The notes beneath the pieces were generated by a model. The model did no database searches, had not been told where the DNA came from, and was given only the letters and a program-made list of their open reading frames with translations. A DNA stretch of 64,000 nucleotides from Alphaproteobacteria bacterium (GTDB lineage: Bacteria > Pseudomonadota > Alphaproteobacteria > UBA828), in the NCBI GenBank assembly GCA_965243315.1, contig CBDEUP010000007.1, positions 21,064 through 85,063 on the forward strand, written 5' to 3'. The position numbers and the translations under genes were made by a program. Below, in pieces: positions 1-9,084 of the stretch. Each line of letters begins with the position of its first letter. Position 1 is the first letter of the stretch.

Positions 1-676
1 ACCAGTGCGTTCGCTGCCGCTCACACCGATCCGCTCGCGCTACTCGCTCCCACCCTCGGCGCTGTCGGCGATCATGATCGCCGACTTGATCGCCACGGCG
101 GACACCGCGACGGGACTCGCGATCGCCCGTCCTGTCGGTCGCCTCCGCACCATGCTTCGCATAGCGCGTCGGCTAATGCGCCGATCATCGTGCACGACAC
201 GATGCACGGCGCTGGTGACCGTGGTCGCGGTCGTCATCGCGATCATCGCGCGCGTCGCCGTTGCCGGCCTCCACAGAACCCGATGCAGGTGCGACCGGCA
301 TCGGGCGGGTTCCACCATCGGCGCCTCCGTCACCTCGCCGGGCGCGACCGTCCCGGTTCGTGACGGCACGCCCCGCCGCTCAGCGCCGCGGCGGCTTCAC
401 CCTGCCGGGTTCTCCGGCGTCCATTCCCCCTTGGAAAATTCAGCAGATTCATGGCCTCTGACCCGCCGGGGCGGGCTTTGGAACCACACCGGACGCACCG
501 ATGGTGCCAATCCTGCCTCCGCCCGCCATCGCATGAATAGCCGGAAAACCCTGCAATAGCAGGGCCTTACGGTTCCACCGGTCCCGCACCGCCTCGCGGC
601 ATCCCCGACGAAACGCCGCCGCGGCTGCTTCCTTGACTACCGGTCAGCCGCGCGGTCCGAACCGGGAGCCGCGACC

Positions 677-1867
677 ATGACCGACCGACCCAAATCCACC
701 TTCGCCCGGCGCGTCCGCGCCGCAAAGCCAAGAACTGCCAAATACGAAGTCCGCGACGACGTGGTGAGCGGACTGGCGCTGACCATCCAGCCCACCGGGA
801 TCCGGACCTTCTTCCTCGCCCGCATGGTGCGCGGGCGCAGGCGCTACGCCACCATCGGCAGCGCCGACGCCATGACGATACCCGAGGCGCGGCGCGAGGC
901 CCGCAAGCTGGTCGCCAGCTACATCGAACCCGCGAAGCAGGACAAAGGCCCGAGAACGCCGGGACACCCGATGGACGCCTTCGCAGAGGAGTTTCTCGAC
1001 CGCTACGCCCGGCACTGGAAGCCCTCGACACTGACGGCCAGCACCTATGTCGTCCGCAACCATATCCTTCCCGCCTTCGGGCATATGACGGTGGACGCCA
1101 TCGCCGTCGAGCAGGTCCGGGACTGGTTCGCGTCCATGGCCGACAGGCCCGGCAACGCCAACCGCGCCATGCCCACCCTGTCGGTCATGATGCGCATGGC
1201 CGAGCTTTGGGGATACCGCCGCCACAACACCAATCCGTGCAAGAACACGCGGCGCTACAAAACGCAAGCCAAGGAGCGGTTCCTGACGGCGGAGGAAATG
1301 GCCCGGCTCAATGCCGTGCTGACCCGCGACGAGTTCCGGTGCCCCGATGTCGTCGCCATCGTCCGCCTGCTGATGCTGACCGGCTGCCGCTTCGGCGAGA
1401 TCGCGTCACTCCAATGGGACTGGATCAGGGGCCGGCGCATCTTCCTGCCCGATTCGAAATCCGGGCCGCGCACGGTCTGGCTATCGAGCGCCGCGCGCGC
1501 CGTCATCGACTCAATCCCGCACTACGGCCCCGATTGCCCGTATCTCTTTCCCGCCCGTCCGCCGACGCGGCCCGTCGACAACATCGCCTTCCAGTGGGAC
1601 CGCATCCGCGCCGAGGCGGGCTTGCCCGGCCTGCGGCTTCATGACCTCAGACATTCGTGGGCCTCGGTCGCCGCCATGAACGGCGTGGACATGGTGAGCA
1701 TCGCGAAGCTGTTGGGTCACGCGCTGGTCGAGACGACCGAGCGATACGTCCACCTGTCCGACCGCTCGGTTGCCGAGGCCGCCGACCGGGTGTCCGGGCG
1801 CATCGGGGCGGCTCTGGCCGGTAGCGGTGCGGTGAATGAGGGAGGGTGCGATCATGCCGACGGTTGA
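677..1867 (+). CDS. Tyrosine recombinase/integrase with N-terminal arm-binding domain (integrase 1)
   Basis: Full catalytic set TGCR, DSK, HDLRH, LGH, ERY; N-terminus has the arm-binding-domain pattern (GLALTIQPTGIRTF...TIG). Confidence 0.92.
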   Translation: MTDRPKSTFARRVRAAKPRTAKYEVRDDVVSGLALTIQPTGIRTFFLARMVRGRRRYATIGSADAMTIPEARREARKLVASYIEPAKQDKGPRTPGHPMDAFAEEFLDRYARHWKPSTLTASTYVVRNHILPAFGHMTVDAIAVEQVRDWFASMADRPGNANRAMPTLSVMMRMAELWGYRRHNTNPCKNTRRYKTQAKERFLTAEEMARLNAVLTRDEFRCPDVVAIVRLLMLTGCRFGEIASLQWDWIRGRRIFLPDSKSGPRTVWLSSAARAVIDSIPHYGPDCPYLFPARPPTRPVDNIAFQWDRIRAEAGLPGLRLHDLRHSWASVAAMNGVDMVSIAKLLGHALVETTERYVHLSDRSVAEAADRVSGRIGAALAGSGAVNEGGCDHADG

Positions 1868-3068
1868 CCTCACCGCCAAGCTGGCCCGCAAGACCGAACC
1901 CGACGACCGGGACGTGTTCCTGTTCGACCGGGCGCTGCCCGGCTTCGGGTTGCGCGTCCACCGGTCCGGTGCGAAGGCGTGGATCGTGCAGACCCGCATC
2001 GAGGGGAAGTCCCGGCGCATCGTCATCGCCCGTTACGGGGAGATGGACCTGGCGCATGCCCGCCGCCGCGCCCGCGATATCCTCGCGCGCATCCAGGCGG
2101 GCGACAATCCCGCCGACGACATCCGCAAGGAGAAGACGGCCCCGACCGTGGCCATGCTGGCCGATGAGTATCTCCGGCGCTGCGATCCCTACTGGAAGCC
2201 GTCGGGACGCAAGACCATCCGCATCTATCTCAAGGCCCGCATCCTGCCTGCCTTCGGCAAGATGCCGGTGGAGCGCGTCGGCCCGGAGGATGTGGCCGCG
2301 TGGTTCGACGAAGCGAGCCGGGACCGGCCCGGCGCGGCCAACCGCGCCTTCGAGATACTGCGCTCCATGATGTTCCGGGCCGAGGAATACGGCTTCCGCG
2401 AGCCGGGCACCAATCCCTGTCTCGGCATCAGGAAGAACCCGAGGCGCAACATCGCCCGGTTCCTCGACACCGACGAACTCGCCCGGCTCGGGCGGGCGCT
2501 CGACGCCCGCGAGGACAAACGACCCGAGGCTGTCGCCGCCATCCGCCTGCTGGCGCTCACCGGCTGCCGCCGGGGCGAAGTGCTTAATCTCCGCTGGCGC
2601 CACATCGGAGAGAACGCCATCGCCTTGCGCGATAGCAAGACTGGACCGCGCAGCGTGCCGCTCGGCGAAGCCGCGCGGGCGGTCATCGCGGCACTGCCCG
2701 GCCCACGCGACCCCGATGCGTTCCTGTTTCCGAGCCTCGCCGGGGGCAGACACGCACACCGGGTCGTGAACTTCTGGCACGCGGTCTGCCACGACGCCAA
2801 TCTCGGCAAGGTCCGATTGCACGATTTGCGGCACACGGCGGCGAGCCACGCCGTCATGTCGGGCGAGAACCTGCCGCTCGTGGGCAAGCTGCTTGGTCAT
2901 CGTCGCCACGAGACCACGGCGAGCTATGCTCATCTTGCCGATGGTCATCTGGTCGAGACGGCGGAGAAGGTCGGGAGCCTGATCGCCGAGGCGATGAACT
3001 TCCGGGACGCGCCGCCACCGTCGCCTTCCGCCTCCCGCGCCCTGCGCATGCGCGGGCGCTGGTTTTGA
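1854..3068 (+). CDS. Tyrosine recombinase/integrase with arm-binding domain (integrase 2)
   Basis: ATG at 1854 after GGAGG, overlapping integrase 1 by 14 nt; GFGLRVHRSGAKAW; TGCR, DSK, HDLRH, LGH, SYAH. Confidence 0.92.
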   Translation: MPTVDLTAKLARKTEPDDRDVFLFDRALPGFGLRVHRSGAKAWIVQTRIEGKSRRIVIARYGEMDLAHARRRARDILARIQAGDNPADDIRKEKTAPTVAMLADEYLRRCDPYWKPSGRKTIRIYLKARILPAFGKMPVERVGPEDVAAWFDEASRDRPGAANRAFEILRSMMFRAEEYGFREPGTNPCLGIRKNPRRNIARFLDTDELARLGRALDAREDKRPEAVAAIRLLALTGCRRGEVLNLRWRHIGENAIALRDSKTGPRSVPLGEAARAVIAALPGPRDPDAFLFPSLAGGRHAHRVVNFWHAVCHDANLGKVRLHDLRHTAASHAVMSGENLPLVGKLLGHRRHETTASYAHLADGHLVETAEKVGSLIAEAMNFRDAPPPSPSASRALRMRGRWF

Positions 3069-3187
3069 AGTCAGTTCCGATCCTACTCCCGCACAGAGTC
3101 CGGTCGATTTTCGACGCCGTCGCGATCCAGTCCTGCGCTTGCGCCGCCATATGGACTCACGCGCCACCATGCGCCAGACTTCGCCTC

Positions 3188-3327
3188 GCTAGCACTTTTC
3201 GGGTTCCCCGCTCTGTCGGGTCGCCCGCTGAATACAACAGCCTGATCCGGCAAGGGGTAGCTCCCCGATGCTTGGCGAATAGGCGGGGAACATTTCCCAT
3301 ACCGGAAAGTGTTAGCAACGGCCCGGC
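3188..3327 (+). ncRNA. Unrecognised conserved structured RNA motif, copy 1 (leader of lipoprotein gene)
   Basis: 15-bp closing stem 3188-3202/3302-3316; inner stem 3203-3211/3283-3291; 28-nt core identical to 30512-30539; compensatory changes versus copy 2. Confidence 0.7.
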
Positions 3328-3368
3328 TCCCGGCCGCATCGGGAGCGATGATCGTGAGGAGAACATCG

Positions 3369-5084
3369 ATGCACACCGTTTTCGCCATCGCCGCCGCCCT
3401 GTTCCTGCTTGTCGCCTGCGGAGGCGGTGGAGGCGGAGGCAAGCCCGACCCGATGACGCAACAGCCGAACCAGCCTGTTGTTGACACGGACGGCGATGGG
3501 GTAGCGGATGCTCAGGACGCCTTCCCGCGCGATGCTTCCGAGACGATGGACAGCGACGGAGACGGCGTGGGCGACAACGCGGACGCGTTCCCGCAGGACG
3601 CTTCGGAGACGATGGACACGGACGGAGACGGCGTGGGCGACAACGCGGACGCGTTCCCGCAGGACCCCTCAAAGACGGTAGAAGTTGATCGGCTACCCTT
3701 TCCATTCGCGTATGTCGATGATCCGAATACCGAGACGCTATTCGCGCGGCACTACAGCGCCCGAAACCTTCCGACCGTCCTTTCTTCGGACGTGAAGAAT
3801 TCGCCTATCTACACGGATGAAATTCTCGCCAGTGAAGCAGGGCCGACTCCTTTCGGCCAAGGAGGATACACGCCGAAGATTTTTGTAGGCGTAGACCAGG
3901 GTGATATCGGCCGATTGCCCGTGACCGGCACTCGTGGAGATTCGGAAATTCGCTTCGGCCAACTGAATGAAGGAGCAGGGCGCAGCCAATTGGTGGCCTA
4001 TTTGCAAGAGGCGTTTTCGGGTCCGGGTGTGGCTCGGTGGCCGCAAGCTCCGACAGTGCGGATTGTTGGCCAAGCATCGAGCCTTGACCAAAATATTGTT
4101 GCGGCCACGATTCAGCTAATCAATACTGCCCTTCCAGAAGGCTACAAAATCACTATGGGTAACTCATTGCCGGAAGATGCCGGGGAAACAGCCAATACCA
4201 TCCGAGTAAAATTCGTCCCTGTAAGTCCTAGAGGCGCTGGAGCAACAACATACAATCGGATTAGCACAAGTGCAGATGGTTACAAAGTGGTAGCGGATTC
4301 CCTAATCGAATTCTACAGGGATACCAACGTGTACGCGAATGCCACCGGGACGGCAGACGCGGGAATCGCCAGTATCCGGCCATCCGTGATCCTACTCGCC
4401 CATGAAATGATGCACGCTCTAGGAGTCGATGATCATCCATCGGCAGGCTACGCTACCATTCTGGAGGGAACCGCCGACATTTACGCCTTGGAACAGAACG
4501 GGAAGCAGCAACCTTTATCGCTTCTGTACCCGATAGACCGGGAATCATTGCGGGCGCTTTACAGCCTTGAACCGGGAACTGATCCGTCGTCCCTTGGCCC
4601 CTGGGCAAGCACTTCAAGGCACATTCACGGCAACGGCTCCCATGCCGGTTTCGGGGTTGCACTGCGCAACGGTTATGCCGAGCCGTGGGCTTACGGCTAT
4701 ACGCCGGACAGCGACCTTGCCGACAATCGGAGCCTGTCCGGTTCAGCGGTTTGGAACGGCGAATTGCTGGGCCTGACCCCGGACGCGGCGGCCGTCGCGG
4801 GCGATGCCGCGATCAGCGTCAGTCTGGCGTCCATGACGGGCCGGGCGGATTTCACCAATCTTGAGACATGGGGCGCGAACGCCGCGCCCGGCGCTGCCGG
4901 GAGCGGGGCGACATGGCTCGATGGCGATCTCGGCTATGGCATCGCGGTTCGCGGCAACACCTTCCGGGAGACCAGCGGCGACGACGGGCGCTTGACGGGC
5001 ATATTCACCGGGCGATCGCATGAAGGCGCGGCAGGCACGCTGGAACGGACGGACCTTACGGCGGCTTTCGGAGCATCACGCTAG
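3369..5084 (+). CDS. Surface lipoprotein: thrombospondin type-3-like Ca-binding repeats, zinc metalloprotease motif, C-terminal TbpB-like beta-barrel
   Basis: Lipobox LVAC then poly-Gly; three DxDGDGVxDxxDAFP repeats; HEMMHALGVDDH; C-terminus GIFTGRSHEGAAGTLERTDLTAAFGASR. Confidence 0.8.
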   Translation: MHTVFAIAAALFLLVACGGGGGGGKPDPMTQQPNQPVVDTDGDGVADAQDAFPRDASETMDSDGDGVGDNADAFPQDASETMDTDGDGVGDNADAFPQDPSKTVEVDRLPFPFAYVDDPNTETLFARHYSARNLPTVLSSDVKNSPIYTDEILASEAGPTPFGQGGYTPKIFVGVDQGDIGRLPVTGTRGDSEIRFGQLNEGAGRSQLVAYLQEAFSGPGVARWPQAPTVRIVGQASSLDQNIVAATIQLINTALPEGYKITMGNSLPEDAGETANTIRVKFVPVSPRGAGATTYNRISTSADGYKVVADSLIEFYRDTNVYANATGTADAGIASIRPSVILLAHEMMHALGVDDHPSAGYATILEGTADIYALEQNGKQQPLSLLYPIDRESLRALYSLEPGTDPSSLGPWASTSRHIHGNGSHAGFGVALRNGYAEPWAYGYTPDSDLADNRSLSGSAVWNGELLGLTPDAAAVAGDAAISVSLASMTGRADFTNLETWGANAAPGAAGSGATWLDGDLGYGIAVRGNTFRETSGDDGRLTGIFTGRSHEGAAGTLERTDLTAAFGASR

Positions 5085-5183
5085 CAGCAGGCTTTGTGCG
5101 GCGGGCGGCCCTAGCCCATCGCAAGGGCGGCGAACGGGGCGGGTGCAGAAAGCTGCATTTGCCGCTCCCGGCTTGCCATCTCG

Positions 5184-5325
5184 AAGAACCCGAAGCGCAA
5201 CATCGCCCGGTTCCTCGACACCGACGAACTCGCCCGGCTCAGACGCGCGCTCGACGCCCGCGAGACCAAATTGCCCGAGGTCGTCGCGGCCATCCGGCTG
5301 CTGGCGCTGGTTTTGAAGTGAGTTC
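5184..5325 (+). pseudogene. Internally deleted relic of integrase 2
   Basis: Near-copy of 2433-2557 fused directly to the integrase 2 3' end (ggcgctggttttgaagt.agttc, about 3055-3077). Confidence 0.85.
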
Positions 5326-5368
5326 AGACGTTATTCGCAGTGTAACTCCATGGCAGCATGGCGCGTGC

Positions 5369-6067
5369 TCAGCAGTCCAAATACCCACGTTTTTCAAGGT
5401 ATTCTTCAAAACTAGAATAGTTCTTTATGCCATGAGATTTTTGTACTCTTCCATGTTTCGTCTTGTCAATTCTCGATTGAATATACGCTACAAGATTCTC
5501 AAATCTCTCCAAAGGCACCATTTTCCAATTTGCCCCAAATTTCCTTTTTATTTGTTGATAAAATACTGGGTATTTCATCGCGTCCTTGCCAACTTCGATT
5601 CTCTTGAATTCATGATATCTGTCAATCAAGTGCTTCGTGTAGTTCATATGGCACAGACTTGAAACTATCGAACCTTGTGGGGCCGCAACCTTCACCGTTC
5701 TCCGTGTCGTCTTTATTTCCACGTTTTGTATTGAATTTGCAACTACTCCCAAGTTTGCTCCTTTGGTGAAATCTGCATGGATAACATTACTCGCGGTCTC
5801 ACCCTTGAAGAACGGATGTTTGTCTTCTCCAAGCAGCTTTTTCACCCTTTTCACGTCGCTTTTGGGAATCTGGCCTTGCGTTATCTTTGAGTGGCAGTTT
5901 GCACAGACATAGATCAAATTCTCAAACAAATCCGTACCGCCTTCCGATATCGGTGTGATGTGATGAAGTTCTGCCGTCGAAACATCATCCTCGCCACAGA
6001 AAGGACATGTTGACTGACTTTCTTGAGTAACCTGCTTCCTGATGATCGACGGAATAGACTTTCTCAT
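5369..6067 (-). CDS. HNH endonuclease domain protein
   Basis: CPFC...ELHHI...GG...NLIYVCANCH; visibly AT-rich relative to flanks. Confidence 0.85.
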   Translation of the reverse strand: MRKSIPSIIRKQVTQESQSTCPFCGEDDVSTAELHHITPISEGGTDLFENLIYVCANCHSKITQGQIPKSDVKRVKKLLGEDKHPFFKGETASNVIHADFTKGANLGVVANSIQNVEIKTTRRTVKVAAPQGSIVSSLCHMNYTKHLIDRYHEFKRIEVGKDAMKYPVFYQQIKRKFGANWKMVPLERFENLVAYIQSRIDKTKHGRVQKSHGIKNYSSFEEYLEKRGYLDC

Positions 6068-6223
6068 TTCCTATTCTCCATCGGCGATTGAACCGCAGAC
6101 ATCGCCTGACTCGGCCAGCTTGATCACCAGACAGCGTTGATTGCAGCACCAATTTTATATTGTGGCCGGACTGCTATACGCCGACAGGTGGAGTTTCGGA
6201 ACGTCAACCGTTTTGTCGCCAGC

Positions 6224-6568
6224 TCAGGCCCATCCGCCCTCGTTCAGACCCCAGCGCTTGATCCAGTCCCAAGCCTTGCGCTCGCCCAACAGCGCCTCAA
6301 GCGCCGCCATTTCGGCGCTGTAACCCAGCGAGCGGCTGTTTTCCTCGTTGTGGCCCTCGCCAGCGGCGCGGATGCGCTCGGCCTTGCCGACAGCACGCGC
6401 ATGATCCTGTGCCCTCTTGAGCACGTCCATCGCGCCTGCCATGACGGCATGGCGGATTTCTCCGGCTTGCGAGCGAGCGGGCGGCTTCTCCCGATCAAGA
6501 AGCGCCTCGATGCGATTGATTTCCCGCGCCAGATCGCAGGTGCGGTCGTCGAGCGTCGGCTTTGGCAT
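6224..6568 (-). CDS. Hypothetical protein
   Basis: 114-aa helical-looking ORF co-oriented with its neighbours; no family recognised. Confidence 0.5.
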   Translation of the reverse strand: MPKPTLDDRTCDLAREINRIEALLDREKPPARSQAGEIRHAVMAGAMDVLKRAQDHARAVGKAERIRAAGEGHNEENSRSLGYSAEMAALEALLGERKAWDWIKRWGLNEGGWA

Positions 6569-6582
6569 GGTGTGGTCTCAAT

Positions 6583-6602
6583 AATGGAGCAAATGCTCCA
6601 TT
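6583..6602. promoter_or_regulatory. Perfect palindrome, putative operator
   Basis: AATGGAGCA-aa-TGCTCCATT, 14 nt upstream of the 6568 start. Confidence 0.45.
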
Positions 6603-6658
6603 TAGAGTAGGCATGCTCCGGTGCCATGTCAAGGCCGGCAAATCGAGGTACGAGTCTG

Positions 6659-7117
6659 TTACTTCCCTTCCGCGACGTTCAGCGCGAGTAGCTCCCGGAG
6701 CGCATCGTCTTCCGAAATCGCCGCGTCCCACCCGTAGGCCGCCGCGACGGCAGCATCGAGCGCGGCGTGCGCATCGGCGAGCCATTGCGGGCGGGCATTG
6801 TAGAGGGTCGTCAGCGTGCGGGCCTTGAGTTCCTTCGCCGCCGGCTCGTCGCGTGGGACTGGGCGCTTCGGATAGCCCGGCATCGGTTCGTCCACCCATT
6901 CCACCCAATCGGGCGGGTTGAGCCAGCGGTCGCGGAGTTCGGCCAGCCGCCGCGCGGCTTCGCCGATGGCGACGGCGGGCGGGTCGTCCGCATAGTCGGC
7001 GGCAGGAATGTCCGGCGAGAGGCCGTCCGGAAAGGGGAAGGTCTCGAAGGTGGTGGTCGGCGTGTAGCGCGGACCGTTGCCCTTGCCGAGCCACGTTCCG
7101 AGCCGGAGCGACCAAGC
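6659..7117 (-). pseudogene. C-terminal part of IS-interrupted MmeI-like RM enzyme
   Basis: Removing the IS and one TSD copy restores the in-frame ...HSRFHE|AWSLRLGTWLGKGNGPRYTPTTTFETFPFP...TLTTLYN. Confidence 0.9.
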
Positions 7118-7122
7118 CTCGT

Positions 7123-9084
7123 GAGGCGTGTGCGCTGTCACGCATCCCTTGGTGATCAAGGGCTCCAGCTGATCCGAGATTTTTCTTACCCCGGCGGCTT
7201 CGCAGACATCTGCGGCCCTGAGATCGGCGGATAGGGCGGATCGAGGATTTCCACCCCATAGCCGACGACGCTCCCAGGCTCACTTCCGGCCCCGTCGCGT
7301 CGTCCCGCCCGAATCGGATAGAAGGTGTCGCCATCGGGCCAGAGGCCCTCGTTCCATCCACCAGCCCTGGTAGGGAGAACGTGATGGCGACAACGGAGAA
7401 GCTACCCTTTTCCTGGCAGGCTGTCGAAGGCCTGCCGGACCTGGATCGCCTGCGTCTGGTGCTCGACACCCTGCCCGACGAGGAGATCGTGGCTGCGCTT
7501 GAGGCCGGGCGAGGTCGCGGGCGCAACGACTACCCGGTGCGGTCGATGTGGCGTGCGCTGATCGCGGGCGTGGTGTTCCAGCACGCCTCGATCCAGTCGC
7601 TGCTGCGGGAGATGGGCCGCAACCCGGCGCTCCTGGAACTCTGCGGGTTCGACCCGCTGCCTTTCCAGAGCGCGCCCGTGTTGGAGCTTCGCGCAGGCAC
7701 GAAGGAGCCACCATGCGCGGTGGCGCATCCGGCGCAGGTCCGCTCGACGGTGCCCAGCCACTGGAACTTCTCGCGCTTCCTGCGGCGCGTCGTGCTGCTT
7801 GAGAACGAGTGCGGCCTGGTGTCCGCAATGGTCGAGAGCCTGCGCGCGTCGCTCTTCGAAGAGCTGCCCGACTTCGGCCGCCATCTCGGCTACGACGGCA
7901 AGGCGATCGAGAGCCACTCGACGGGCCGGGTTGCCGAGGACAAGGGGAAGACCTCCGACCCCGACGCCGACTGGGGCAAGCATGAGACGAGCGGGGTGAA
8001 CGCCAAGACCGGCGCGATCTGGAAGAAGGTGAAATCATGGTTCGGCTACGGCCTCCACCTGATCGCCGACACCCACTACGAGGTCCCGGTGGCCTTCGAG
8101 GTGACGCGGGCGTCGGACTCGGAGGTCAAGATGCTCCCCAAGATGCTGGAGAACCTGTTCGCAAGAGCGCCGGAAATGGTGGAGCGCTGCGACGACTTCA
8201 GCGCCGACCGCGGTCTCGACAACGCTCCCCAGAAGAAGTTGCTCTGGGATAAGTGGGCCATTCGGCCGCTGGTCGACACGCGCTTGATGTGGAAGGCCGA
8301 GAAGGAGGAGCCGGGCTATGATCCGACGAAGCCGATCACGCGGGCGCTGTTCCCCAACCGCGCCGACGTCGTCGTCCACGACGAGCGCGGCCGCGTGTCC
8401 TGCATCTGCCCCCAGACCGGCGAGGTCCGCGCCATGGCCTTCCAGGGCTTCGAGGCCGAGCGCGGCCTCTGCGGCACGCTGAAATACCGCTGCCCGGCGG
8501 CGGCCTTCGGCTTCGACTGTGCAGGCAGCAAGGCGTGCCACCGGGCGGGCGGGGTGGAGCCCGGCGAGTACGGCCGCATCGTGCGCATCGATCTCGACAA
8601 GAACGACCGGCGCATCTTCACCCCGACGCCCTGGGGCAGCCCGTCGTGGCGGCGCGGCTACAACCGGCGCTCTGCGATAGAGAGGATCAACAGCCGCCTC
8701 GACAACAGCTTCAACTTCGAGACCCACTACATCCGCGGGCTCGCTAAGATGAAGACCCGTGTCGGGCTGGCGCTGGTGGTGATGATGGCGCTGGCCCTTG
8801 CGCAGGTGCGGGCCGGCCACGCGGAGCGGATGCGCTCGCTGGTCGGCGCGGTGCCGTACCTCGACACCGGCTGACCGGTTGTCCCACCTCCGACATCGCC
8901 GCTCGACCAAGCCGCCTGCCGGCGGATGGCAGACCGCGGCCATCCATGTCACGATGTTCCCGTAGCGTTCCGATCTCGCGTCTAATCGCTGCATTCTGCT
9001 CACCCGGCGGGGATCAGGCAGTCGATATCCGGCCGCCAAAGATCAGCGTCACGATGTCGAAATACGCCACAGCGCACATTCCTC
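7123..9084 (+). mobile_element. Insertion sequence, 1962 bp (IS1182/IS5-like DDE)
   Basis: IRs GAGGcgTGTGCGCTGT / ACAGCGCACAttCCTC; 5-bp TSD CTCGT at 7118-7122 and 9085-9089. Confidence 0.9.
7384..8874 (+). CDS. DDE transposase
   Basis: YDGKAI, SWFGYGLHL, SADRGLD, YNRRSAIERINSRL; family assignment is approximate. Confidence 0.9.
   Translation: MATTEKLPFSWQAVEGLPDLDRLRLVLDTLPDEEIVAALEAGRGRGRNDYPVRSMWRALIAGVVFQHASIQSLLREMGRNPALLELCGFDPLPFQSAPVLELRAGTKEPPCAVAHPAQVRSTVPSHWNFSRFLRRVVLLENECGLVSAMVESLRASLFEELPDFGRHLGYDGKAIESHSTGRVAEDKGKTSDPDADWGKHETSGVNAKTGAIWKKVKSWFGYGLHLIADTHYEVPVAFEVTRASDSEVKMLPKMLENLFARAPEMVERCDDFSADRGLDNAPQKKLLWDKWAIRPLVDTRLMWKAEKEEPGYDPTKPITRALFPNRADVVVHDERGRVSCICPQTGEVRAMAFQGFEAERGLCGTLKYRCPAAAFGFDCAGSKACHRAGGVEPGEYGRIVRIDLDKNDRRIFTPTPWGSPSWRRGYNRRSAIERINSRLDNSFNFETHYIRGLAKMKTRVGLALVVMMALALAQVRAGHAERMRSLVGAVPYLDTG

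Noticed and set aside
5-559. ORFs at the window start (5-559 +, 40-369 -)
   Set aside because: Low-complexity Arg/Ala/Thr translations with no recognisable motif; cannot be supported as genes.
3188-3327. HDV-like ribozyme assignment for the repeated RNA (GGCGAAU resembles HDV J4/2)
   Set aside because: No pyrimidine-rich L3 or P1.1 and the nested double pseudoknot could not be built; left unassigned.
3480-3670. ~63-bp direct repeats as a CRISPR array
   Set aside because: In-frame coding repeats of the lipoprotein with no unique spacers and no cas genes.
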